Shown here: positions 25,958 to 40,522 of the stretch, piece by piece
How positions within the stretch are numbered: position 1 is the first letter of the stretch
How the letters are laid out: each line of letters begins with the position of its first letter
Source: Eledone cirrhosa
Lineage: Eukaryota
Assembly (NCBI GenBank): GCA_964016885.1
Contig: OZ024756.1
Span: forward strand, 20,894,001 to 20,958,000
DNA: 64,000 nt
Reading direction: 5' to 3'
Notes under the pieces: generated by a model
Seen by the model: the letters and a program-made list of their open reading frames with translations, nothing else
Told to the model about the DNA's origin: nothing
Database searches by the model: none
Made by a program: the position numbers and the translations under genes

Positions 25958-26705
25958 TACATACATAGATACATACATACATACATACATATAAAAGTCT
26001 AAAGTTCGTCTCGAATCCCGAGGCTCATCAGCCCGATGCTTATTCCGGTTTCTATGGCGTTAAGCGACTGAAAGTACAATACTTCCACCTGGACAGGGCG
26101 CCAGTCCATTACAGAGTTAACGCCCAGCTACTGCTGGTACTCATTTTCAGCTGAGTATACTGGAGCAACGCGAGATGAAGTGTTTTGCTTACGAACACAA
26201 TACAACCCAGTCCAGGAATCTAACTCACGATATTACAATCACATGTCCAACATACTAGGCCACGCCCCGAGTAACATATGCTTACGCCGTATTTGACTAC
26301 AGAGAATTAATCTGTTAAGATCCCAATTAAAGCAAGATGCCATTACGACCTTGCTTCCTCTCCATCGTTCTAGATGAGTAATATATTCACCTATCTCAAG
26401 AAGGGTGAAAAGCGAAGTTGATCTCTGTGGGATTTGAACTCAGAACGCAAAAAGCTGTAGTAAATACCACAGGGCGTTTCATTCGACGCCCTAATAAGTC
26501 TGCCATTCACGAGTTAGGTTACAAAAATATGGTACAATCTGTTATAGGTTACGATAACATACGGATCACATATTATTGGCGACCATGTATTTAAGTACAT
26601 TGTTGCTTGTCTGTTGCTAAACACTTACCACAAGTTCTCATACCAATAGTGCTCATTATCTCGTTGTACGTGACTTTGAATAAAAGAAATTTGTACAATT
26701 TCCGT

Positions 26706-26933
26706 TTAACCCTTTGATGTTCAAACCGGCCAAAACTGGCCAGAACTCTCTACCTCTTTCTGTTGAAACTGGCTGTAACTGGTCGCTGAAACTGATGTTA
26801 AGGTATTGTTCTCAAAATAAATACTTTCAAAATCTCATAGATTCGGTATTATGTGAGATAATTATGCGAGGTAAAGCCTTTACCTTGAAAATATAATAGA
26901 ATATATAGAGTAATGTGAATACTAAAGGGTTAA
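26706..26933. mobile_element. piggyBac-like MITE, uninterrupted copy
   Basis: TTAA-CCCTTT...AAAGGG-TTAA; internal sequence shared with the 21002, 53226, 59789 and 62412 copies. Confidence 0.85.
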
Positions 26934-27099
26934 ATGTGGATGGCCTCTGAGTATTTGTATGTTAAAATTTCGAAGTATGTATCTGTTGACAATACTGAGT
27001 ATGTGTATGTTAAAAATTCGAAAAACTTATTCAAATCTTATTATTTTTTTTTTCTTTTGAAATTTATGATAGAAATATTTTATACAAAAACAAAAGCTA

Positions 27100-27570
27100 T
27101 TGAAGGTGTCAAAGTCCGACCTAAACCGCAAAATAAGGAGCGCCTCTCCTAGCAACTGTTGAATCCGTCCTGTTTTACGGCAGTGAAACGTGGTCTATTG
27201 ACAAAGTGCTATGCAAGAGACTTGACGGATGTTACACGAGGACGTTGAGAATGGCTCTCAATATTTCTTGGAAACAGAAGCTGACAAATAAAGAACTATA
27301 AAGATTACTATCACCAGTCTCAAAAAAGTTGCTTGCAGATGAATGAAACTGGCTGGGCACTGCATCCGTCACCCAGAAGAGATAGCACCACAACTTGTGC
27401 TCTGGAAATCGGCGGTCGGACGAAGAAGCGCGGGAAGACAGGCCGTCTCATTCATTGATACCCTGCTAAGAGATGCCAACATTGATAACATCGATGAACT
27501 GAGAAATGTCATGCTCGACCGGGACAATTGGAGAGGGCGTGCTGAATCTTTGCGAGTGTTAAACTCGGCT
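27100..27570 (+). mobile_element. RTE-clade LINE 3' fragment
   Basis: ATVESVLFYGSETW, LDGCYTRTLRMALNISW and KLAGHCIRHPEE motifs. Confidence 0.85.
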
Positions 27571-27680
27571 GAAGAAGAAGATAAAAGAGGAAATGAAAAG
27601 AAGAAAAAGAAAAACGAATTAAGTAACGAAAGAAAGGGAAAATGGGGAGGGGGTGCATATACAAGACCCCAGTGTGAGCG

Positions 27681-27757
<77 letters not shown>

Positions 27758-27788
27758 ATTAGAAAGTAAACAACACAAAATATAACTA

Positions 27789-27856
27789 TTCTATTACCAA
27801 AGGTTTCTTGATCCCAGACAATATTAATATACGCCTAGATCGGTCATCAGGCAGAG
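27789..27856 (-). ncRNA. Hammerhead ribozyme (CC-TTT-GG stem III family), partly degenerate
   Basis: CTGATGA, stem II GATCTAGGCG.../...TGTCTGGGATC, GAAA CCTTTGG TA; stem I imperfect. Confidence 0.65.
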
Positions 27857-28030
27857 ATGTTAGCTCTGTTCTATACTTACTCTTTTTTTCCTTTGCTTTT
27901 CCTTCGGAATTACCTAACACACACACACATATATATATATATATATGTTACATATGTGTATATATATATATATGTTAATATATATATGTTATATATATAT
28001 ATATATAAATCAGAGACGTGCTTGGTTGAG

Positions 28031-28123
28031 GCATATCTGACGATCTTTCGATTCCAGAGTCAGGTTCGATCACTAAAAGATCGTTCCTCGAGCTGATCGA
28101 CAGTGAAACATATGGAAATAGGT
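28031..28123 (+). ncRNA. Hammerhead ribozyme, long-stem-II family, cleavage triplet mutated
   Basis: GCATAT-CTGACGA-...-GAAA-CATATG-GA; homologous to 32189-32280 but GGA replaces GUA. Confidence 0.6.
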
Positions 28124-28311
28124 AATTAAATATGTATATGATCTAACACTGATACTTTGTCCCCCATCTATCATCTATATATATATATATATAGTGCAGA
28201 TATTTAAGGTGTTTATCCACGAAAGTTATGGTGTAACGTTGCGAAGATAATCCAGTTTAAGCAGTTTAAAGCACTCTACGTCAGTAGGGCTTTGGAACTG
28301 TGAGATATAAA

Positions 28312-28370
<59 letters not shown>

Positions 28371-28532
28371 CATGCACTAATACACACAGACACACACACA
28401 CACACATACACACACACACATATATTTATATATACTCACTAATATGAATCACCCCCCTTGGATTAACAATACGCACACAGAAAAGCGGTGGATGATATCG
28501 AGATGTGACTTGTGGTGGAGAGAGAAAGAAAG

Positions 28533-28577
<45 letters not shown>

Positions 28578-28742
28578 ATGTTGAAAAGGTAACACACCAG
28601 AGAGAGAGAGATATAGTGCGTTATCAATAATACAGGAAAAAACCACCAGTGTATGGAATCTATAACCTATGAAAGGCAGACTAATGACACGATAATTAAA
28701 AATATAAATTAAAGCGTAAATAAATACCTCTATAACTATGTA

Positions 28743-28822
28743 ACACACGTACAAATCCAAAGAGATGTTTCGCCAGTAATTTGTTGAAAGAAATGGGCTA
28801 GTCTCGGTTCATCAGCGTGTGT
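28743..28822 (-). ncRNA. Type-I hammerhead ribozyme
   Basis: Minus strand ACACACG-CTGATGA-...-GAAA-CA...TG-TA-CGTGTGT; perfect 7-bp stem I, GUA site; stem II weakened. Confidence 0.75.
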
Positions 28823-29077
28823 AAGGCCATACATTTCAGACAAAACTAAGAGAATTTTAAAATTGACTGTCCAGCTACACGTGGGAGAGAGAAGTCACAG
28901 CGTGTTTAAGGGCAGTGAACCAGTGGCCTCTGAGGGACGAACTGCTAGAAAGGGCAGCCCAAAGCCACTCAGAGAAGTGTGCTCAACCAAACAGAGTTAA
29001 GAAAGACTGTTATTAGGAGCTAAATATCACGATAAATTTACAGGGAACAGCGAGGGCCTATGCCTCCGTTAATTTAT

Positions 29078-29135
<58 letters not shown>

Positions 29136-29215
29136 CTTTTGCTGTTATTCTGAGAGAAAATCAATTTAGCATTTTCTACTGTTTTTTTCTTCTGTTTTAC
29201 TATCATATATATATA

Positions 29216-29277
<62 letters not shown>

Positions 29278-29279
29278 AT

Positions 29280-29347
<68 letters not shown>

Positions 29348-29353
29348 GTGTAT

Positions 29354-29385
<32 letters not shown>

Positions 29386-29416
29386 ATGTATATATATATA
29401 TATATATGTATGTGTG

Positions 29417-29499
<83 letters not shown>

Positions 29500-29581
29500 G
29501 TATGTGTGTATATATATATAAATATATATATATATAATACAATATATTAACAAATAGAAACTATATTTATAAAATCATATT

Positions 29582-29650
29582 TATTTTATTATACATATTA
29601 TTTCAAGGGCCACCAAGGTAAATTATGGTGCGCTTTCATCAGATAAAATA
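29582..29650 (-). ncRNA. Type-I hammerhead ribozyme
   Basis: Minus strand TATTTTAT-CTGATGA-AAG.CACCA/TGGTG.CTT-GAAA-TAATATGTA-TA-ATAAAATA; 8-bp stem I. Confidence 0.8.
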
Positions 29651-29780
29651 CAATACAGATTAGTTTTATAAATAAATATTGACATACCGTGAGAAAAGAC
29701 AACCTTAATGGTTGGAGCTTCCTAGATAGTATAAAACATTTTTTAAGCTTGTTGAATGCCAACAAATTAAATATAACCTC

Positions 29781-29845
<65 letters not shown>

Positions 29846-29848
29846 GTC

Positions 29849-29899
<51 letters not shown>

Positions 29900-29902
29900 G
29901 TC

Positions 29903-29953
<51 letters not shown>

Positions 29954-29956
29954 GTC

Positions 29957-30027
<71 letters not shown>

Positions 30028-30029
30028 AT

Positions 30030-30264
30030 AGAGTGGGACTTGCTTTGTGCAGTGCCTTTGCTCACTATAAAAGCTTCACGGCACAGGCATTGCTTTATAT
30101 CTGGAGATCTCTCTGCACTTGTCATCACATGGTACCATGGGCCCAGCACTATGTGTCAGTAATTGTCACAAGTGTAGTGTTTGTACCAGAGTTCAGCGCA
30201 TTGGTAGGGGTTCTGCTACATGGATATAAAGTAGTGGCCGTACTCGAAAACGAGTTGGCAGCCA

Positions 30265-30268
<4 letters not shown>
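30030..30268. mobile_element. Repeat fragment homologous to 50865-51141
   Basis: Near-identical AGAGTGGGAC...GAGTTGGCAGCCACCAT block, with an internal deletion relative to the 50.9-kb copy. Confidence 0.75.
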
Positions 30269-30324
<56 letters not shown>

Positions 30325-30396
30325 TGGCTGCCATATGTATATATATGTATGTATATATATGTATATATATATATGTATGTACATATATATATATGT

Positions 30397-30588
<192 letters not shown>

Positions 30589-31203
30589 AGGGAGATAGAT
30601 GGATAGTTTGGGGAATCTAATACAAAGAGATAGATGAATACGAATAAGGAAAAACAGTCCAAAAATAAACAAATAAATATATAAATAAACAAAAGCAATG
30701 AAAACAGTGAAACAAAAAGGAAGTACAACAATCAACAAAACACACACACACAAAGTACAAAACAATGTCATATCCCTATCTATTGTTTGTGTGTCCTTAA
30801 TTAAAATCTTATTTTCTTCATCTTAGTCGCGTTATTAATTGTACTGAATGTAAAGACAGCTAAACTCCTCCATACCACTTCCGCCACTTCCGCCACTTCC
30901 GCCACTTAACTTCCTATCTGAGAATTGTTATGTCACGAGATATGTTTTCCTTGAAAATGTCGCCGAGAGTGGTCTCTAGGCAATTGACTTTTGTTTTAAT
31001 ATCCTCCATCTTTCAGATGTAATATGTCTACTGACTCCTGCATATTGTCTACTGGATAGATGATAGAGGTCGCAGGGAGATGCTGTCAGTTGTATAGATA
31101 GACAGATAGATAGATGGACAGATAGACAGATAGACAGACATATAGATAGACAGACAGATAGACAGATAGACAGATAGACAGATAGATAGACTGATAGACA
31201 GAC

Positions 31204-31234
<31 letters not shown>

Positions 31235-31271
31235 TAGAGGGATAGACAGATATGTAGATAGACAGACAGAC

Positions 31272-31319
<48 letters not shown>

Positions 31320-31334
31320 GAAAATAAAAATCCA

Positions 31335-31377
31335 GTCACTGAAGAGGTCACAGAATGTTTGACGAAAGAGCTTTGAC
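31335..31377 (+). ncRNA. Minimal type-I hammerhead ribozyme
   Basis: GTCA-CTGAAGA-gGTCAcagaatgttTGAC-GAAA-GAGC-TT-TGAC; a 5'-truncated relative lies at about 32381-32418. Confidence 0.8.
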
Positions 31378-31388
31378 AATATATATGC

Positions 31389-31696
<308 letters not shown>

Positions 31697-31725
31697 GTAT
31701 ATATGTAAATGCATATATGTATATG

Positions 31726-31806
<81 letters not shown>

Positions 31807-31949
31807 ATATTTGGGGTGGGTCATATTGTTATAATATTGCCAGAAGTAATTATAAAACGCTCTCACTGTTTGGTTTGGATTGGTTTTCGCTTCTGTATCT
31901 TTTATATATAACAATATATATTTCAACACACGATTTCATATCATAAACC

Positions 31950-32190
31950 TTGCAAGACACTGACCAAGAAACTCACTCAGATGGTGGATGGGTGCTACAC
32001 GAGAATGCTGAGGATGGCTCTGAACATTATTCAGTATACACTGAGGATGAAGAACTCAGAACTGTACCGGAGCCTCCCAAAAGTCAGCTCAAAAGTGACA
32101 CAGAGGAGACTGAGGTTAGCTGGACATGCTCACCGACATCCAGAGTTGACACTGCACTCAGTGATCCTGTGGGAGCCCCTGCATGGACAC
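31950..32190 (+). mobile_element. RTE-clade LINE 3' fragment
   Basis: MVDGCYTRMLRMALNI...RRLRLAGHAHRHPELTLHSVILWEPLHG. Confidence 0.85.
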
Positions 32191-32280
32191 ATATCTGATG
32201 ATATTTCGATTACAGAGTCAGGTTCGATCAATAATAGGTCATTCCTCGAGCTGATCGATAGTGAAACATATGTAATATGT
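32189..32280 (+). ncRNA. Type-I hammerhead ribozyme with about 60-nt stem II
   Basis: ACATAT-CTGATGA-(TCGAT...ATCGA)-GAAA-CATATG-TA-ATATGT; perfect stem I, palindromic stem III, GUA site. Confidence 0.85.
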
Positions 32281-32638
32281 TATTGAATATGTTATGATGC
32301 AACACTGAATCCTTGTTCCTTTATTCTTATAACATATATATATATATTGTTATACTTTGGGAGGGTCATGTTGCCAATAAGAAGAGGTCACAGAGTGTGT
32401 GACGAAAGGACTATGACTATATATAAACAACTATCTGGCTGTGGAACCAACCAACCAACCAGAAATTTATAAGTTTGTAGATTTGTAAATTTATAAATTT
32501 ATAAATATATAATAAATTGAAGTGAAAGCAACTGGTGCGTGTGTTTCTTATTGGCAACATGACCCTCCCAAAGTATAACAATATCGGTTTCAACACACGA
32601 TTTCAGATAAAGAATCTTGCTAAACAAATTCAGAAACG

Positions 32639-32699
<61 letters not shown>

Positions 32700-32988
32700 A
32701 GATTATTAAGAGTGGGTAATACACTCGTTCTTTACGAAATACGATAAAACTTTATTTTGCACAAATGATCTACTGCTTTGCATATGTGTCTTTGTGAAAA
32801 AAAAAAAAAACTCTTCAATTTCTTCACTTTATTGACTATGAATTCTTGGTTTTCTTTGGGGCTTGCACCGTCCAGAACCTTCAGTGATGTCCTGCGGATA
32901 TTTTAGTGTCACCAGGTAACATTGACATTGAAACGGCCGTAGACATTAATAAAATGATTTGAAGTATCATCTTTGGTATGTCACTTAA

Positions 32989-33101
<113 letters not shown>

Positions 33102-33164
33102 TTTATTAAGGCTAAAATGTGAGTCTTGTTATTCTGGAGGTTCGCCTGTTTATCACAGGGTCAT

Positions 33165-33845
33165 CTGGAGAAACACCAGGACTTAGACTTCACTGTAACA
33201 CCGGCTCAGAGCAAGAGAGTTAAGGCTAAAAAGATATCAGATGCTGAATCTGCTGACGACATAGCTCTGGTGACGAACACTGTGAAGGAGGCAGAGGAGT
33301 TAATGCGAGAGGTGGAGACTGTGTCGATGAGTGTGGGGCTGAGAATAAATGAGCGTAAGACGAAGTATCTGGTAGAGAACATCAAGGGGCCTGAGAAGAA
33401 GATTATGAATGTGGACGGGAAGCCGTTAGAGCTGATTGAGGACTTCCTGCATCTTGGAGCAAAGATTGGGAACACAGAGGATGATGTGGTGGAGAGGAAG
33501 GAAGAACAAAGCCTGGGTGGTGTGCCACAGTTTGAAGTCGGTGTGGAAGTCGAACCTTCGTAATGACCTGAAGAACGTCTCTTCGTCACTTCAGTTGAGT
33601 CTGTGCTGCTGTATGCGTCTGAGTCTTGGGCACTGACCAAGACACTCACTCAGATGAGGATGCTGAGGACGGCTCTGAACATTAATCAGTATGCACTAAG
33701 GATGAAGAAGTCAAAGCTGTGTGGGAAACTCCCAAACGTCAGCTCGAAAAGGACACAGAGAAGACTGAAGTTAGCTGGACATGCTCACGACATTCAGAGT
33801 TGACACTGCACTCAGTGGTCCCGTGGAAGCCCCTGCACGGACATT
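33165..33845 (+). mobile_element. RTE-clade LINE fragment (RT end to C-terminus)
   Basis: SADDIAL, VGLRINERKTKY, DFLHLGAKI, SVLLYASESW and RRLKLAGHAH motifs. Confidence 0.85.
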
Positions 33846-33849
33846 CATT

Positions 33850-34900
33850 TAATTCATTTAATTAATATATAGGTAGGTAGTGGTAAATTGAGACCTTTAA
33901 ATATTATATAGAAAACAGATTGTATATAAATTTAAATAACTAAATATAAAAATAAATAGCATTGTATAAAGATTCACTTAGTAATTTAGCTAATTGGAGT
34001 TATAAACAACTAACACTTGATTATATATTTTTCTATTATACACAAATTAATCTTCAATTACCTCCCCTTTCCCATTAACTCCCTTTAGTGAAGATCTCTA
34101 ATCACTTCCTGAAGTTAAACCGTTAGACAGATCACTCCAGAACAACTCTAACCCTTAATAAGATTATAATAAGGACAATATACAATCCATAGTTGTATCT
34201 ACTGATAAATATTCCCTAAAATATAACCAATGTAATGGAAAGAAAAACCTTGATATTAATACTCACAACACACCTTTGAACATTACCAGAACAATTATCA
34301 CATTACATCCACCATAAACTCACATAGAAACTGCTTTTCCTACCCATGCTTAATATACTGCTTAATATACTACTACACCTATTATGTGATATCTTTGCCA
34401 ATATTGTGTTATACATGCTTAATACCATTGCTTATTCTTTTACCTCATTATTCTGTACATGCCTAATACTTCTGCACTCTTTCTATATGTATGCCTATGT
34501 AACACTAATGTCCTCATTTTGCGAGTAACTTTCTTCTATAATTGTTTTATATTTCTTTTATAATCTTTGTCACACCCACTACTGACCACATCTTATTCAC
34601 TCTTTAAATATGACACTATTGATAACAGCAGTAATATCTACATATCTTTACGATTGTTCTGTGGAATAGGAGGTTAATTATATGTTTAAACTTTGCCAAT
34701 GCTCCGATGATTCCAAACGAATGTTTGGAAGAAACGATTGTCAGCAATAAAATGCGTTGAACATAGTTTTGATTATTCTGTAATTTATATTCCTGCTCTG
34801 TAAGACATCTGATGTATTTACATTGAGCTATTTTTCATACTGGTATTAAGGTGGTAAAAAAAAAAAAAATACTGACCTTTCCTGTTTATAATTATATATA
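33850..34900 (+). mobile_element. Diverged copy of the Penelope-like 3' UTR/pseudo-LTR
   Basis: Shares TTACCTCCCCTT..CATTAACTCCCCTT and the hammerhead-containing terminal block with 37455-38940. Confidence 0.65.
34700..34746 (+). ncRNA. Minimal hammerhead ribozyme with CCGAUGA core variant
   Basis: TGCT-CCGATGA-TTCCAAAC gaat GTTTGGAA-GAAA-CGATTG-TC-AGCA. Confidence 0.75.
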
Positions 34901-34949
34901 GTGTATATATAAGTATAAATAATATTATTATTATGATATATATATATAT

Positions 34950-34988
<39 letters not shown>

Positions 34989-35014
34989 GAGAGGGGGGAG
35001 GGGAGAAAGAATTT

Positions 35015-35048
<34 letters not shown>

Positions 35049-35417
35049 CATAATTATATATCTCTACAGTCGTTTTGTTTCGCGCTTTCTTGACGTTCTT
35101 CAGATGACACTTCAAAAAGAATCTCTTGCTTTTATTTCCAAAATGTAATTAGTTATAACGTCTTTCCTCCCTGGGCCCTCACCCTCTTCCCCCCTCTCTC
35201 TCTCTATATATATATATATACACACACACACACATATATACATACACATATATATATACATATACATACATATACACATATATACATTCATATATACATA
35301 CATATATACATATATATATATACATACATAAAAATATATTCATATGTGCATACATATACTTACTTATATATACATATATAGAGTGAGAGATAGAGAAAGA
35401 AAAAGTAAGAGAGAGAG

Positions 35418-35533
<116 letters not shown>

Positions 35534-36678
35534 TGTGTATGTTCATGTTTGTGTCAGTGTTTATCTCCCGTAACATAGCGGTCCGATAAAAAGAAGTCGA
35601 TAAAGTATGTACCCGACTTAAAATCCCCGACCCCACCCCACCAAAAAAGTACTATCCAAAACAACACAAAACAAATACTGGGGTGGATATGATCGACTAA
35701 AGCATGAAGGGTAGAATTGGCAGGGGGTGTGATTGGTGTGGATGGGTAGGCGGATGACATGGCTTCGGTATTAATTTAAGGAGCTTTAACGTTCTGCGTT
35801 TAAATCCCGCCGAGGTAGCTGTATGTAACTGTATATTTCAAATTTCCTGACTAAAGAAAACGAAAGCATCAGTGATATACAATAGCCGATTCCTAGAATT
35901 ATGATATATATATATATATATATATCAGAATTCTAGGAATCGGCTACACATATGTATATGCAATTACATATACATTTATGTCATACATATATAACAATGT
36001 CAGACTTGAACCCATCACCGCTTCTAACACCACACCTCTAGGGCATGCCTTACACCACTACATCACACTCTCTGATCCACCCTTCCCTCGACACAAATCA
36101 TTCTATCTATCTATAACTTTATACCCTAGAAATATCCCCATAAACACCAACTTCTAATCTCTAATCAATCTCTAATCTATCTTATGACGAAACCATATTT
36201 AGCAAAAACTCACAATACTATAATCAGGCATTAGCTAGATCAGGCCATAATAATGAGATCGAGTTCCTACCTATAAAAACACATAGTTACAACATTATTT
36301 CTCACAATATGTCCATGAGGAAAAATAGTAATAAGAGTAATAACCACACACACACTAATACGAAGGGTAGCAACAAACGTAACTCACACCAGAGAAGACA
36401 CCAAAATACCATAAACGGAAACACCTCAACAGATATAAAAAACAAAAATAGAAGGAGAACTAATACATTCTTCAACCCCCCTTTCAATCTAAACGTCTCT
36501 ACTAACATACCTAAGGCTTTCTTCTCACTCCTGGATAAAACTTCCCATCTGGCCACAAGTACCATAGTCTTATAAATAAAAACGCCATTAAAATCTCCTA
36601 CTCTACCACGCCTAACATAGCATACCACATAGCTAGTAGCAATAAAAGAAAGATTAATACTTACTTTCAACAAACTAA

Positions 36679-37293
36679 AACACAGCAGGGGTAAACTTTC
36701 AAAACAACGTAATATCTGCAAACCCTGACATCAATAGTAATAATAGTAATAACACTAATGAAATCAATAACATTGGGAGCGACAACCCCCATAGCCATAA
36801 TTCAATACCTAGCAACCAGACTTCTACACAACATAATAACCGACAGGTTAACATCCAAAATAATTGTAACTGTAGATCTAATAGAACCTGCCCTTTAGGT
36901 AAAAACTGCTTAATCAAGGACATCATCTACTCATGCACGGTCAGAACTAGCAACTCCTCTGAAACCTATATAGGCTCTACTTCGAACTGCTTCAAAACCA
37001 GATACAATTCACATCTCAATTCTTTCAAAAAACACAGTCTAGCCAACTCCACTTCACTATCTAGCTACATACACTATCTGAAAACTAGAAATAGATCATA
37101 TACACTTCAATGGGAAGTGATAGGTAAGGCGGCATCGTACAGACCACCTAATAAATTCTGTAACCCCTGTCTACTAGAGACCCATACTATAATCTTTTCG
37201 AACCTTAACCTCCTTAATAAAAAATCGGAAGTGTTTGTGTCGTGCCAGCACCGCTTCCGACACTCCTTCCAAAACTGTAAACCCAATATATAG
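36679..37293 (+). pseudogene. GIY-YIG endonuclease domain of the Penelope-like element (open frame, no start codon)
   Basis: CNCRSNRTCPLGKNCLIKDIIYSCTV...TYIGSTSNCFKTRYNSH...STSLSSYIHYLK...CNPCLLE...LLNKKSEVFVSCQH; not in the ORF track. Confidence 0.9.
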
Positions 37294-38740
37294 CAATGTC
37301 AGACTTGAACCCATCACCGCTTCTAACACCACACCTCTAGGGCATGCCTTACACCACTACACCACACTTTCTGATCCACCCTTCCCTCGACACAAATCAT
37401 TCTATCTATCTATAACTTTATACCCTAGAAATATCCCCATAAACACCAACTTTTAATATAATTACTTTCAATTACTTATAATTATATAGGAATAGAAATA
37501 TAATACAGTCTGTATAAACTTTAAATACTAGATACGGCAGTGAATTATATATGCAATTGTAATTAAATGTATAGAGTAATAACATCAGATATATATAGGA
37601 TTAATTTATTAACATAAGGAATCTGTCTAACTTATATGTAGGGTGGTGCAATGAATTATATATGAATTATATATGCATGTATAACTTGATGGATAGATTA
37701 ATGACATTGTAAATGAGGGATGTATTTGTCTACCCAAGAGATGTATTTGATTTTATCATGCAAACAGCCGTACCATAGCTTACCAGGGGTTATGTAGACA
37801 AAATTCTAATTGGCCCTCTGATATGTTTTGAGAGTAGACTGTATTTACAGTGAACTTTGATATAAAGATATAGCACTTTGTGTGGGAAATTCAATTATAG
37901 CGCTATATAATAAAGAGTAATCAACTTCCTATAGATACCTTTAATACATTATGATAGAGTAGACTGTATTTAAAATTGAAAATTAGATATAAATATATAA
38001 CCTTTTATATAAGGGACTCAATTGAGGCACCATATAATGTATGTTAGAACAATGAATTTAGTTATGAGAATCAGCTAGTTACCTCCCCTTACGCATTAAC
38101 TCCCCTTAATTACACACCTACTTCCGGGTAATAAACCACTGTAAATTCTCGCAGCAGAAAGAACCTATTCTATAAATATGTATTAAATAACACTGAGCCT
38201 CAATACGCTACAATAATTTAATGCATCAAACATTCACTACGAAATCATCGTAACTTATGTGATGGATGTAAAAATTATTTCTTCCTTTTTCTGCGGTGAA
38301 AATGGTGGTGGATGCGAAAACTATAACCTTTTTCTTTTTCTGCACACATACTTTTTTGATCTATACAAACAATGCCCTACCACTATAACCACCATAATAC
38401 TCTTGCTTACCCGCCTAAAGTGATTGCATTACATGTAACACCTTGCCACACAATAATCGTATATAAATGAGACACACTTCCATGCTCCATGTGTGACAAA
38501 CGCATATACTATCTACTAGATCTGATTATCAAACTATCCTCTTACATTATCTGTGTTATCTGCGGCATGTATTTTAATTTTAATTTTAATTTTGATTTTG
38601 ATTTTAGATTTGAATTGCTGTACAAATATAGTAGAGTATAATATATGTCACTCCACTGTACATCAATATATATATATATGTATCTGTATGTCTCTTGCGT
38701 TGGATAGGAGGTCAATTATATATATACAAGCATTGAAAAA

Positions 38741-38787
38741 TGCCCCGAAGATTCCAAGCCTAGGTTTGGATGAAACAATTGTAAGTG
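38741..38787 (+). ncRNA. Minimal hammerhead ribozyme with CCGAAGA core at the 3' end of the PLE
   Basis: CCGAAGA-TTCCAAGC.../GTTTGGAT-GAAA-CAATTG-TA; stem I weakened. Confidence 0.65.
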
Positions 38788-38976
38788 AATAAATGCTTTG
38801 AACATAGCTTTGATTCTTGTGAATTCTATATAACTGACCTGTAGAACACCTGATGTTATTACATTGAGCTATTTATCTTACGAGTAATAAGGTAGTAATA
38901 AATTACTGACCTTCCCTGTTTATAGTTTAAAATAACTATAAAAAGTTTAAAATATACATAACTATAAATAGTATCC

Positions 38977-39046
<70 letters not shown>

Positions 39047-39066
39047 GTATATGTACATGCATATAC

Positions 39067-39103
<37 letters not shown>

Positions 39104-39442
39104 AGTTAAAACAATGAAATAAAAATTCAAGTCATTAGAAATATACTTCACTGCTTTAAGGTCGTTTCTAGGTGATAATAATACATCGTACGCATACTTC
39201 GTTATCGATCTATGTAGGGTAAGTTACAAAATATCAGATAAGGAACATATTTACTTACATATCATCAGCCGTTATTTCATTTTTTAATTTTTTTTTTATT
39301 TCATTGTTTTAACTTTGACTCTGTTTTCCTTTTGGTGTTTTATTGTTTTCCGGGATTTATCTTAACCTACAACATTTTCAACATATGGATTACATTGAGT
39401 TCTTCATGCAGACTAGACCCCACAATTAACCATGGATATTTC

Positions 39443-39491
<49 letters not shown>

Positions 39492-39536
39492 AATGTGAGC
39501 TTATATATATATATATATAAATGTATATGTATATGC

Positions 39537-39584
<48 letters not shown>

Positions 39585-39587
39585 GTG

Positions 39588-39654
<67 letters not shown>

Positions 39655-39803
39655 GAAAATGTATGACCCCGACGGCAGAGCTCAAGACGTTTCGACGGCT
39701 ATTTATGAACTCTTATTACCCACTCTACTACTCTAAGTATTGAGTACTCTGGAGCGTTATGGTCCATCTGGTTCCTTACCACATTTCCTTCGTCATATGT
39801 ATA

Positions 39804-39875
<72 letters not shown>

Positions 39876-39978
39876 GTATTTGTTAAGTATTTCCGAAGAA
39901 AAAGCAAAGGAAAAAAGAGTGCTCTATGTAGAAAACAGAGCTGTTTAAGTAGAAAGTGAACAACACAATATATAACTA

Positions 39979-40046
39979 CTTCATTACCAAAGGTTTCAGG
40001 ACCCCAGACTATATTAATATATGTCTGGGTCGTTCATCAGAAAAAG
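39979..40046 (-). ncRNA. Hammerhead ribozyme (CC-TTT-GG stem III family)
   Basis: CTGATGA-GACCCAGAC.../...GTCTGGGGTC-GAAA-CCTTTGG-TA-ATGAAG, pairing with upstream CTTTTT. Confidence 0.75.
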
Positions 40047-40088
40047 GGGTTATAATGGAGTAGTTATATATTGTGTTGTTCACTTTCT

Positions 40089-40124
<36 letters not shown>

Positions 40125-40342
40125 ATATATTGCATATACATTATATACACACATTGACACACACACACACAGACACATATACACACGTGCACACGCACAT
40201 ACATATATAAGTTTCCCTATCTCTATATGTATATATATAGAGAGAGAGTTGGAGCCCGACGGCTGAGCACTTGCCGTTTGAACTGCTAATTCCAGTCTGG
40301 ATGAGCTGTTGAAACGGCAAGAGCTCAGCCGTCTGCGCGCGC

Positions 40343-40399
<57 letters not shown>

Positions 40400-40401
40400 A
40401 T

Positions 40402-40453
<52 letters not shown>

Positions 40454-40522
40454 TGTGTGTGTGTGTGTGGTGTGCGTGTATATATATATGTATCTATCTA
40501 CGTATATGTATATATATAAACA

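Larger units (their letters stand above)
35995..38940 (+). mobile_element. 5'-truncated Penelope-like retroelement with RT-thumb remnant, GIY-YIG endonuclease, long 3' UTR and terminal hammerhead
   Basis: YYNQALARSG, FFNPPFNLNVSTNI and KISYSTTPNI; 35995-36157 duplicates 37294-37452, a PLE-like partial tandem structure. Confidence 0.87.

Noticed and set aside
26000-26040. CTGATGAGCC on the minus strand in SINE tails (also about 13255 and 53700) as hammerheads
   Set aside because: No GAAA/stem III/stem I arrangement; it is the terminal hairpin of the SINE tail.
35061-35108. Additional hammerhead-like motifs (35061 minus, about 39200-39270 minus, about 53985-54030 minus)
   Set aside because: Core or stem I too degenerate to call; possibly relics.
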